A stretch of DNA of 64,000 bases, taken from positions 57,474,001 to 57,538,000 of the forward strand of contig OZ076415.1 in the NCBI GenBank assembly GCA_964187785.1. The letters are read 5' to 3'. The position numbers and the translations under genes were made by a program. This document shows positions 11,301 to 22,319 of the stretch, piece after piece. The stretch is from Amphiscolops sp. MND2022. Lineage: Eukaryota. The notes beneath the pieces are model-generated. The model had not been told where the DNA came from, searched no databases, and was given only the letters and a program-made list of their open reading frames with translations. Positions within the stretch are counted from its first letter, which is position 1. The number at the start of each line of letters is the position of its first letter.

Positions 11301-14047
11301 GCCTCAGATCTTATTACCACAGAATACAACTACAGTGTCGTATGTAGAGGTCAATCCAACATACACATTGAGGATTCGCGCTTTGAGGCACCCTTCAGGG
11401 TGCCAATAGATTTTGCCGCTGACAAATAATGAATCAATCATGTAAACAAACTAAGAACAAGCAACGTGAACCAACTGAAAACCTACTCGGAGTGCATGAA
11501 GTCACTAAGACGATTCATCGCTTACGAAGCGCAGCAAGCAACCTCTGTAGACTAGAGTCACCCAAGTTATCAGGCTAAGGAACGAAGAAAAACATTCAAT
11601 TAACAGATTGAATTATTCTTTCAAACTTTCGACAGGGATGATATATACCGAGTTCAACATTGAGGTGAACACCGTCAGCTTCAAAAGGATCATATGGTTC
11701 AATTTCCTGGGGACTAACATATGAAAGTGAGAGATGTTCATATAGAAGTGTTTTAGTGCTTTGCATCACAACTGTATCAACATCGGGTCTTGGAAGGAAG
11801 CAAGCTAGTATTTTTAAGTTGTATAAAGATTGCGAAGTTCAAGCTCAATTTTGAAATTGCAGAGGCTCGTGGCTACTTCAACAGCAGACTCGGCAGTTAA
11901 CCACGGTTCGAATGTGTGGAGATTCAGATCATTATTGCCACAAAACACAACTACAGTTGTATGAAGAGGCCAAATCAAGATACTTAATGAAGAATCTCGC
12001 TCTGAGGCACTTTTCAGGGTACCAATGAATATTGCTGCTGAAAAAAGATGAATCAATTATTTAAACGAACGAAGAACCAGCAACACGAACCTACTAACCA
12101 CTTACTCGAATCGCAGATAGTCACTAAGAAGACTATCGCTTGCGAAGTGAGGCAAGCACTTCTTCAGGTTAGAGTCACCCAAGACCAAAACACTTGAGCT
12201 AAAGAAAATAAACTAATGTATATTGATATCCCGGAAGAGACACAGACGGAGTTATAATGCGAAAAGTTTAGTTACTGAATGTAATGTTTCACCAGAAATT
12301 CCAAGAAAACATGAGATTGGAACCAGTCTAGTTGAGGCTCGTGGCTACTTGAACAGGAAACAGCAGTTCACCAGGGCTTGAATTGGTTGGTCCTCAGATC
12401 TTATTACCACAAAATACAACTAAGTGTCGTATGTAGAGGTCAATCCAACATACACATTGAGGATTCGCGCTTTGAGGCACCCTTCAGGGTGCCAATAGAT
12501 TTTGCTGCTGACAAAATATGAATCAATCATGTAAACAAACTAAGAACAAGCAACGTGAACCAACTGAAAACTTACTCGGAGCGCATGAAGTTACTACGAC
12601 GATTCATCGCTTACGAAGCGCGGCAAGGAACCTCTGTAGACTAGAGTCACCCAAGTTATCAGGCTAAGGAACGAACAAAAACTTTCAATTAACAGATTGG
12701 ATTATTCTTTCAAACATTCGACAGGAATGATATATACCGAGTTCAACATTGAGGTGAACACCGTCAGCCTCAAAAGGATCATATGGATCAATATCCTGGG
12801 GACTAACATAAGAAAGTAAGAGATATTCATATAGAGTGTTTTAGTGCTTTGCATCACAACCCTTTCAACATCGGGTCTTGGAAGCAAGCCAATATTTTTA
12901 ACAGTTGTATAAAGATTGCGAAGTTCAAGCTCAATTTTGAAGTTGCAGAGGCTCGTGGCTACTTCAACAGCAGACTCGGCAGTTAACCACGGTTCGAATG
13001 TGTGGAGATTCAGATCATTATTGCCACAAAACACAACTACAGTTGTATGAAGAGGCCAATTCAAGATACTTAATGAAGAATCTCGCTCTGAGGCACTTTT
13101 CAGGGTACCAATGAATATTGCTGCTGAAAAAAAGATGAATCAATTATTTAAACGAACGAAGAACCAGCAACACGAACATAGTAACCACTTACTCGAATCG
13201 CTGATTGTCACTAAGAAGACTATCGCTTGCGAAGTGAGGCAAGCACTTCTTCAGGTTAGAGTCACCCAAGACCAAAACACTTGAGCTAACGAAAATAAAC
13301 TAATGTATATTGATATCCCGGAAGAGACACAGACGGAGTTATAATGCGAAAAGTTTAGTTACTGAATGTAATGTTTCACCAGAAATTCCAAGAAAACATG
13401 AGATTGGAACCAGTCTAGTGGAGGCTCGTGGCTACTTGAACAGGAAACACATCAGTTCACCAGGGCTTGAATTGGTTGAGCCTCAGATCTTATTACCACA
13501 AAATACAACTACAGTGTCGTATGTAGAGGTCAATCCAACATACACATTGAGGATTCGCGCTTTGAGGCACCCTTCAGGGTGCCAATAGATTTTGCCGCTG
13601 ACAAATAATGAATCAATCATGTAAACAAACTAAGAACAAGCAACGTGAACCAACTGAAAACCTACTCGGAGCGCATGAAGTCACTAAGACTATTCATCGC
13701 TTACGAAGCGCAGCAAGCAACCTCTGTAGACTAGAGTCACCCAAGTTATCAGGCTAAGGAACGAAGAAAAACATTCAATTAACAGATTGAATTATTCTTT
13801 CAAACATTCGACAGGGATGATATATACCGAGTTCAACATTGAGGTGAACACCGTCAGCTTCAAAAGGATCATATGGTTCAATTTCCGGGGGACTAACATA
13901 AGAAAGTGAGAGATGTTCATATAAAAGTGTTTCAGTGCTTTGCATCACAACCCTTTCAACATCGGGTCTTGGAAGCAAGCCAATATTTTCAACAGTTGTA
14001 TAAAGATTGCGAAGTTCAAGCTCACTTTTGAAACTGCAGAGGCTCGG

Positions 14048-14665
14048 TGAAATCAGCTTTTAGCAGTGGGTTGAAAGCGTTGTGACTCAAACATTTATTT
14101 CAGAACAATCCACTTGAGGTATCTAGAAAAAACGTTACGACATCCCATAAAGCTTTTTGGGTAAATCGCCCTCTGTGGCTACTTTCAGGGCACCAATGGA
14201 TAGTGCTGTTGAAAAATACAAGCTCGGTTTATCCACTAAACAAACGCTGAAGAAAAAACGAACCAAATACTTACTCAAGGAGCGAATTCAAGTAGAGTTT
14301 CTGTTCAGGTTACAGGTAGCGAAATCAAAACCAGTGCGAATTTTGATGACAAGAATTTTAGGAACAAGATGGGCAACAAAGGTAAGCAAGTCCGAATAGA
14401 ACCAAACATTAAATAAAAAAGTGCTAGGGCAAGTAATATTCTCGGCGAGGGGGCGACATAAATGGGAAAATATTGTGCATGCACAGCCAGTGCTGTGCTC
14501 CACGTGGTTCAATTGTTCGAAGCCTTCGTTCATTAGGCTCACCACTGCTTTCTCCAGAGTTCCTGACAAGAACATTAGTTGGGTAGCCATTAGGTCATCG
14601 ACAGTCAACAAAGAGTAAGTCATCAAGCTGTGAGATCTCATAATAAAATTCTTCGGAAGAAGCAA
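14048..14665 (-). pseudogene. Third, unamplified SGNH paralogue (N-terminal half) preceded by a Cys/His-containing reading frame
   Basis: FATCNLNR aligns with LGDSNLKK. It has the same 69-nt GTAAGT..CAACAG intron (14274-14206), then TIHWCPES...LWDVVTFF, and runs directly into the C-terminal SGNH half of the last array unit at ~14047. Confidence 0.6.
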
Positions 14666-14780
14666 CGTAGATCAATGGCTTCTTCGAGCGGTAATGCCTA
14701 ACTATAGCAGTAGTGGCATCGTTGACATCTTGGTGATAATCAACTAAAAGTAAAAAGTCGCCCGACATTGTTTGAGTAAT

Positions 14781-16952
14781 TCATTCGCTCCAATTCTGAA
14801 ATAACGGTGTGTAAGCCATAGACGCGAAAACCTTTGTACTAGGGATGAGATAATGCCGACTGCGAAGATGTCCCGTGCCGCATTCGATAAGAGAAAACCG
14901 ACAGTCCTCAGCTACAGAAGTGAAGCGGTCCTCGAAATTTTTCTCTTCTGAGAATGCAACAGCGTGTTTGTCGCAAAAGTAAATTATCCACAACATGACT
15001 CAAACTTTTAACCGTTCCTTGGACTGAATTCAGTAAAAAATGATTGGCGGACTCGAATCCAAAAGCCGAATTCCTCCAGATTGGCCCTTTACGTCTAACT
15101 TGATCGCAAAGATGTCTCAGAGAATGAAAATTAAAACTTTGTGAATCCTTGCCATAAAGATTCACGAAGTCTAGCTGGAACCTTTCGATCAGGTTTGGGG
15201 CTTCGTTTATATTTTCCGTTGAAACCTTTCAGAAATAACAGCCTTTTAGCGACAGACAATTGATTACACGATTGATGATACTTTTCTTGAACGAAATCTT
15301 TCAAGCAGTAACTGCCGAAGTAAAAAAGAAAAAGCTTGAAATCTCGAGCTTTCCAAAATAATATTTCTGACAGCAACTTGGGACGGCCCTGTGCACATCG
15401 AGGTGCTTTGACACCTTTCAACCGTTTCCCCATTGATGTAGTGTTCCGTTTTGCAGTCGAAGCTAATAGCGCTGTGATGATTGATTTGGCACAACCCAAA
15501 AACACCTGGTGCATAGCATCGATTGGAACATCGTCACGTATGCTGAACAGTTCGTCTATGAACCAGCGTCCTTTAATACCTCTGACTATTTCATTTTTGC
15601 CTTCAGCAACACTAGCATCTTTCAAAAGTTCATCTTTGTGGCGTTGAATGATTTCCTCATCACAAGGATATAAGTGACGATGATTCTCATGAAAACCACG
15701 AGTGTAGCAATAGATGCACCTATAAAGAAGTTTTCTAAACTCGTTGTGTTGGCGGTTTTTCTTTCACGCAAAACCAATTGACAAAAAAGGTGTCAGAGAA
15801 AAACGGGTCATATGTTTGAGAGAAAAAAAGGTCAGTTTAGGCACAGTGCCAAATGTTCAAGCAGAAATTTTGCTTTACAGTGGAGTTGTTTATATTTCGA
15901 TGTTTCCCAACGAATGTCGTGATCTGAGACACTACCCTTTCTGAGCTTGCAGATGACAGCCAACCCGAGCATTCCACATTATTTTTTAAGAGAAAGTCGG
16001 TCAGTTGAAAGTTAAATTTATATAGATAACTTACCCATAATATCCGTTGAACTGGACAACATTGAGTGAAGGTGCTTTCGCTATCATGTCCTATATGAAA
16101 TCTTTCACTTCAACGTTGAAATGTTTCGACAACAAACTGCTGTATACCCCGAGGGAAATGCCACTCAATTCTCGTCTTATTATTGGATCAACATTCGAAA
16201 AGTTGGGTTTTGTGCTGCCTTTCCACAATGCGACCTGCATCATAATGTGTGAAGCTGTTCTCCGGATACGTGGCATGTTATCAATAAGAACCCAGAAAGG
16301 CCAAAACACTTTTTTCGATGATCGAAACGGTGTCGCACCATCAGTGTTTAGGAAGATAAAGGTTTTGTCACCACACAAAACATCTTCATTTCGCTCAATA
16401 TTTATCATTTCCCCCCTTGGACTTTAGATCTCGAAACCATCTGCGACGTTCACAGACCTTCGATGACACATGTCTGACAGGTCATTATTAGGTTTTGGGA
16501 TAACTAACTTGAGTTCACAGAGCTCTCGAACAGCACTATCTGCGAGTCTATGACGTACCGCGAAGTCGCAAAGTTTTTTTCCGCAAATGTTCAACCGTAA
16601 TGTCTGACTTTTCAAACAGTACCAGCTCATCGGAAGAACTGTCGAAAATGTTCTGACGGTCCGTTTCCTGACAGTTCGTTTCCTGTGGTATAGTGAACTC
16701 CAAAAAACTGGAGAGGTGCAACGGTGTTGAACATCGAGCGTTTGGTATCGGGTTAAAGGCTGCACTGCTAGAAGATGTTGGTTCTTCACTTTCACAAAAT
16801 TCGTTATCGCTCAACTCACCAATGGGTATTTCAATCTCGTCGGAAGAAACCTGATCGGAGTCCGAACTGTTTTTACAAAATAATGTATTGCTCGAAGTCG
16901 ACTGTCTAAGTTTTTTACCACGACTAGTAGCATATCGTCCGGAAACACGCAT
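14781..16952 (-). pseudogene. CACTA/EnSpm-type (Tnp2/Transposase_21-like) DDE transposase, multiply frameshifted
   Basis: Motifs occur in canonical order: FAVRHRLADSAVREL; IFLNTDGATPFRSSKKVFWPFW..VALWKGSTKP; CIYCYTRG..YP; RGIKG..VPIDAMHQVFLGCAK; WKARDFKLFLFYFG; LYGKDSQSFNFHSLRHLCDQVRRKGPIW..SAFGFES. Confidence 0.88.
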
Positions 16953-17099
16953 TAAAGAATGATCTTGTTGTTGTTCTAGTGATGTGAAAGTATTCGAAAG
17001 TCGTTTTCTGAACGTCCTAGACTTCCGTTTTGCTGCCGCGGAACTTTCAATTCGGAAGGTCCCTTTCCAGCTAAATTTTTCGCTTCTGACCTTGTTCGA

Positions 17100-17675
17100 C
17101 TACAGAGGACTAACGTGCCCTGGCCATGAAATTGGACATTGGGACAGACAGTTGATATTGTATTCGCCGAAGGTACTTAAGACCGTACTTTACAGTAATT
17201 TCCTCACTTTTTGTGAAAGAACGCAGTGTTTTCGAAGTTATTATATTATTCTCGCTGCGTACATAGAGACAATTGGGGAAGCACGAGTGGTTAACGAAAG
17301 ACAACGGTCCTAGCATTAATTCTTCGCCTCTCCTCAGGAAAACTGACACATTAGCATCCTCTGGAAGATCTTCCTTCTCTTGAAATTCTGCCAAAATCCC
17401 TTTAACAGGAATTTCAGTTCTTGCATGAATGTCAGACAAAGCGAAAACCCCTAAATTAGTAAACTTTTGCGGTGGTAAGTAATCGACATGTAGAATTTCG
17501 AAACTTGGTAAGGTCTTTTGTATTCTTGCCTCAAATTGTTTATCAGAGTGGAATTTATATTCTGACACCTCCCAGGCTCCAGAACTTTGTTCGACTTGAC
17601 GACATCCGAATCAATTGCTTCTCTAGTCGCCACTGCATCTGCCAGTGCTCATTGCCTCCAAGTGAAGGTGCTCAT
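17100..17675 (-). pseudogene. Suv4-20/KMT5B-like SET-domain histone methyltransferase, intronless, frameshifted
   Basis: FEIL..GILAEF..LMLGPLSFVNHSCFPNC..TLRSFTKSEEITVKYG. After a 1-nt shift it reads FGEYNINCLSQC (post-SET), and upstream is DAVATREAID..SNKV. This parallels the SUV4-20 pattern LWLGPAAFINHDCRPNC..EEISCYYG..FFGENNEFCEC. Confidence 0.85.
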
Positions 17676-17827
17676 TGTGAACCAACAAACAAGAAACTGA
17701 AAACTCATTGTTCAAAATAATTTAGATGCCCTAAAATTCTTTAAAAGTTACCTACTTTCAAAGTACATGATGGACAGTAAATTAAGTTCGTAATCGCCAG
17801 TACAACGAATTAGGAAGATTTTTCCCG

Positions 17828-18450
17828 GTTAAAACTTAAACTGTTAAACTGCTGAATAGTGGAAACAGAAACACCAAGTTGCTGCCCGAAAATGGAACCT
17901 GTATATTCATGTGATTTTTCATATTCCCTGATACGATATAAAGAACATTCAATTGACAACCGGGTAATGATGTGACTTGAGTGTTGACCCGACTCAATGC
18001 ATATTAGCAAATTATGTAAATGATACGAAAAGCGTTTTTCAACCAATGCAGCCAGTGCTGCACTGATATCTCGATAAGTCCAACACTAACAATTGACGAT
18101 ATGTGTGACATTTTCATGCCAATGAGCACACCGACATTGCCCCATTTTACCCTCTATCCGTATCATTAAGGGAAACATTTGTTCCATTAGTTCAATCTGA
18201 ACAGAGAGGCACTTATGCTAGGAAATATCTCATTTAGCCGCAACTGTTGCGACATGAAGACGAAAACACTTGACATTATCACCAAAGTATCTAGAGCCGT
18301 GATTTACTGTTCTTCATGTTTTGAAAAAAAAACTGGGGAACGCCACCTGTCAATCAAGGAAAGTTTTGGAGGCAATTTCAAAATTTTTACTGGTATTCTG
18401 CTCTGAGGCAGCGCTGGTTCTCATCAATAGAAAGTGCTAGCGTTCGATGA
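17828..18450 (-). pseudogene. Partial degenerate duplicate of the BEN-domain gene (end of exon 1, coiled-coil exon, following intron)
   Basis: 17828-18210 aligns with 19511-19910. TTCAG|IELMEQMFPLMIRIEGK corresponds to TTCCAG|VELMEQMLRSMMRMENK. Confidence 0.7.
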
Positions 18451-18770
18451 AACTAACAAATGGTACAAGTAAGATGAAGTAGCACATTGAACTTTTATTC
18501 GCTATTTCAGCGAACGCATGAGAAGAAATCAATTATCAAGGTACATGTTAGACGTTCAGTTAGGTTGGTTTTGATCAGTAGGACGAGATAAGAACTAGTT
18601 TATAAACAACTAGGATCGAAAATTTAGTTTTCATTTCCCCGAAAAATCAAAAGAGCAATGTTAAGTTTTGAGGCTTGCAACCAAATTTGGAGTATTAAAA
18701 GTCTTTTGGATGTACGACTTCAGATGTTATTTTGGAAAAAAAGTTCTGCGGGTGGGGCGTCACCTTTTTT

Positions 18771-20488
18771 TTACATCGTTTCACTGTTGTTTGTTGGCGG
18801 AGTGGACAGGGTCGGTTTCTTCTTCGGTAATTTGGTCCTGTTCTTCATTTCCGTCCCAAGCCCGTTCACAATGTTGCGGGACTTCACATAGCACCCGGAA
18901 TAAAGGCAAACGCACTCTGAACAAAAAATGGAAATAGTTTTTCTGTCAAAGCAAAACGACTGTTAGGTATGAACAAAGCTCTCGATCGAGGAGGCTGGAA
19001 TCATCTAACCCCTGAATAACGCTTTTCGCGTTGGGGTCATTGGACTGCGAGGCACATCCATGAACTCTAAGTCCTTGCCGGGGGACATGATGTTAATAAT
19101 CAGTTCTTTCCTGGACCACAGCTTTCGAGCAATGTTTCTCCCGTACAAAGTGGGAACATCACCAGGACAATCCAGGAGATCGTCTCCGTTGAACATTTTG
19201 CGAACACGCTCCCCGATGGATGCAGGAGTATAATGGTGGTTTTTTTGCATCCACTCCATTATCAGAGCTTGAGTTTTCGCCTAACAAGAAACTTATACAT
19301 AACATTTATTCAACATAACACCTTGTTACAGCGATAGCGACAAGTTCTGCAATGAAGCACTTAAAGCTTATCTCAACTTTCACTCTCAGAAAGACCAGTC
19401 TTGCACTGAGAAAGGTACTTTTATCAACCTAACCAGGAACTCACAGATGAGGCAATAAGTCTGTTAATACTCAAGGGACAACCTTAAAAACCTTTACAAA
19501 AAATTGAAAGGTTAAAACTTAAAGTGTTAAACTGCTGAATGGTGGAAACCGAAACACCAAATTGAAGCCCGAACATGGAACCTGTATATTCATGTGATTT
19601 TTCAAATTCCCTGATACCTTACAAAGAACTTTTAACTGACAACCGGGTTATGATGTATGTCGTGAGTGTTGACTAGACGTAATGCATATTAACAAAATAG
19701 GTAAATGACATGTGAAACGTTTTTCAACCAATGCAGCCAGTGCTGCGTTGATATCTCGATAAGTCCTACACTAACAATTAACGATATGTCTTTGACATTC
19801 TTACGCCAACGAGTATCGCAGGCGTCATGAGCACATCGCCATTTTGTTCTCCATCCGCATCATAGAGCGAAGCATTTGTTCCATCAATTCAACCTGGAAA
19901 AGCAATTGTGCGAAGAAATACCCTAATTAGACTTCAGTTGAATTTCAATCGCATACCACTTTAGAATTGTCCACAGCAGTTGCTTGCGGAGTAGTCAAAG
20001 TCGTATCCAAACACTTCCGTTTGGGTTCGGGCTCCAAGATATCATCCAACTCATTATCTGAGAATGAGTGGTCTGCTTGATGCTGTGACAGGGGACTCTG
20101 GAATTTATCAGTCTCTACTTGGCGATCGGCCCCGAGTAAAATGTTGGAGAGGTTGATATCCTCACCCGATTCAAACCTCTCCATGAGTTCGGAGGCTTCT
20201 TTTTTCTTGCGTTTGACGTCGGCATTGGTTCCAACGAACCAAACTTTTCCCGCGAATATTCCTTTCTTACAACGAATGTTCAATTGATCCGACTTCGCTA
20301 CACCTATGCGCTCTACTAAATCCTATCCCACGATACTCTGTGACTTGTAGTCGAGCGTCACAAAGGTATCATCTTGCGGGAATCGAACGATGACGGCTCG
20401 GTCTTTATCACGGAACTCTTGGAAGCCGCGGTTCGGGCGAGTCAAGCCGAAATAAGGTTTCAGTGTTGTAATCGATAATGCTTTTCAT
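18771..20488 (-). pseudogene. Spliced BEN/DUF4806-like domain gene (transposon accessory protein)
   Basis: Exons ~20488-19957, ~19890-19805, 19280-19010 and 18916-18771 have GT-AG borders. The spliced C-terminus reads PTLYGRNIARKLWSRKELIINIMSPGK..PRSPMTPTRKALFR|ECVCLYSGCYVKSRNIVNGLGTEMKNR. Exon 1 has an in-frame TAG and a frameshift. Confidence 0.65.
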
Positions 20489-21790
20489 CTCAAGGAAAAC
20501 TTTTCAGGACTTTCAGTTGTTTCCAAAAGAAATTGCTTTGGTACCCACAACAAACTTGAAATCCAGATACTGGAAACATTTCTAGTATCAATAAAATATT
20601 CTCCTGAGCGGCACAAAGTTTCTGCTTTAGGGGAACAAAAACCATTACCTTCAATACAGTGATAATATCAGACAATGAATCAAATAACTGCAAATAAGGG
20701 TGCATTTCGTGCTCGGAAACAGCTTCAACAGTTCGGGTAGAGCGTTTTGGGCCACATGGGATTGCGTTTTTTGAACCTCAGCCCTCTTGAGAAAAGCGCA
20801 ATTTCGACTATAACGTCGAAATTCTGATATTGCGCACCAATTTCCATCCTCTGATTCATCCTTAGTAAAATTCAATATACTTCGGAAATACCGGCAAAAG
20901 TTCGGATATAGAGTGCTGGGACAAATGGGAGCACTTGTTTTCGAACCTCCGCCGTAGTGAAACGTATTTTACTTTGAATATAACGTCAACAATTTGCATA
21001 TAGCATTTCTAGTTTTTGAACATCCTTAGAATACCTAGGATACCTTTTTGGTGAAACGGGTCAAAAATTCGGATTCTATTGGATAATGTTATTGGAGGAT
21101 AAAACCTTTGATAAAACCTATAATTGAAGGATAAAATCTATAATAACGGAACTCTTGGAAGCCGCGGTTCGGACGAGTCAAGCTGAAATTAGGTTTCAGT
21201 GTTGTAATTGATAATGCTTTTCATCTCAAGGAAAACTTTTCAGGACTTTCAGTTGTTTACAAAAGAAATTGCTTTGGTACCCACAACAAACTTGAAATCC
21301 AGATACTTGAAACGTTTCTAGTATCAATAAAATATTCCCCTGAGCGGCACAAAGTTTCTGCTTTGGGGGAACAAAAACCATTACCTTCAATACAGTGATA
21401 ATATCAGACAATGAATCAAATAACTGCAAATAAGGGTGCATTTCGTGCTCGGAAACAGTTTCAACAGTTCGGGTAGTGCGTTTTGGGCCACATGGGATTG
21501 CGTTTTTTGAACCTCGGCCCTCCTGAGAAAAGCGCAATTTCGACTATAACGTCGAAATTTTGATATTGCGCACCAATTTCGATCCTCCGATTCATCCTTA
21601 GTAAAATTCAATATACTTCGGAAATACCTGTAAAAGTTCGTATATAGAGTGCTGGGACAAATGGGAACACTTGTTTTCGAGCGTCCGCCGTAGTGAAACG
21701 TTTTTTACTTTGAATATACGTCAACAATTTGGATATAGCATTTCTAGTTTTTTGAACATCCACCTTTTTAGTGAAACGTGTCAAAAATTC
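20413..21790. repeat. ~736-bp tandem duplication covering the 5' region of the BEN gene
   Basis: GGAACTCTTGGAAGCCGCGGTTCGG occurs at ~20413 and ~21149, followed by ~600 bp of high identity. Paired ORFs 20490/21226 and 20651/21387 are near-identical. Confidence 0.92.
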
Positions 21791-22319
21791 GGATTCTATT
21801 GGATAAAGTTATTGGAGGATAAAACCTATAATTAGATGAGAAATGAGAATTTTGTAGTCTCAGTGCCAAAAGAAATCGAATGAAATGACCTCTTAGTCTA
21901 GTCCGGTATTGTATGTTACGCTAAAAAAGGAACTACTCCTTTAGTTGAGTTCCCTGGGCCAAATGGTAATTTGACACTCTTAAATATTCGTAGAACTTTG
22001 TTAAACTAATTTGGTCAGTTCGTGTGGGTTGAAAAAAGGTCACTATTAGAGGTGCACCGGACAGGAAAATTTGTGTCCGGCTGGATAACCGGACAGGACT
22101 GATTGAAGCTGGATACCGGCCGGACCGGACATTTTCCTCAACTATAACCCATGACAGGCTGTTTTTAGATTTGGCAACGAGTATGACGAAACGCAAAGAA
22201 AACGTTTGCTCTATACTATTGAACATTTTTTCTTCAAAATCAATATGCCCAAAATATTTACCGTTGGTGAAATGGTCAAAAAAGGCAATAATCGGGACAA
22301 GCTAATGAGTATAGGAGAC

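Larger units (their letters stand above)
1130..14047. repeat. Tandem array of ~12 units of ~1.09 kb, each a dimer of two diverged subunits
   Basis: The marker (G/C)GTCACCCAAGACC recurs at ~1251, 2341, 3431, 4523, 5606, 6694, 7791, 8887, 9985, 11080, 12173 and 13259 (spacing ~1083-1098). GAGGCTCGTGGCTAC and GAGTCACCCAAG each occur twice per unit. Confidence 0.97.
1..21865 (-). mobile_element. Putative decayed giant CACTA/EnSpm-like DNA transposon region with cargo genes (BEN, SET, transposase, SGNH hydrolases); boundaries uncertain
   Basis: All recognisable coding remnants between 1130 and 20488 lie on the minus strand around a CACTA-type transposase, and all are frameshifted. A candidate terminus CACTGAGACTACAAAA reads on the minus strand from 21865, but no matching left terminus is visible in the window. 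Confidence 0.5.

Noticed and set aside
2392-13588. Recurrent plus-strand ORFs MISRKRHRRSY.. and MCGDSDH.. in the array
   Set aside because: They are antisense to the SGNH remnants, start at non-ATG codons, and recur only because the DNA is repeated.
1130-14047. CRISPR-like or rDNA-like interpretation of the regular array
   Set aside because: Units are ~1.09 kb and wholly repeated, with no unique spacers, no cas genes and no rRNA motifs; the context is eukaryotic.
20651-21611. BIR-domain-like look of SEFRRYSRNCAFL in the duplicated ORFs
   Set aside because: The zinc-binding His and upstream CxxC are absent and flanking frames show no BIR motifs; treated as chance.
21850-21865. CACTGAGACTACAAAA as a proven CACTA terminal inverted repeat
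   Set aside because: No matching inverted copy or TSD is found in the window; kept only as a candidate boundary.
22048-22140. hAT-MITE-like start TAGAGGTGCACCGG with CCGGAC motifs (similar patch at 33150-33450)
   Set aside because: Only one plausible terminus at each site and no TSD; too degenerate to call.
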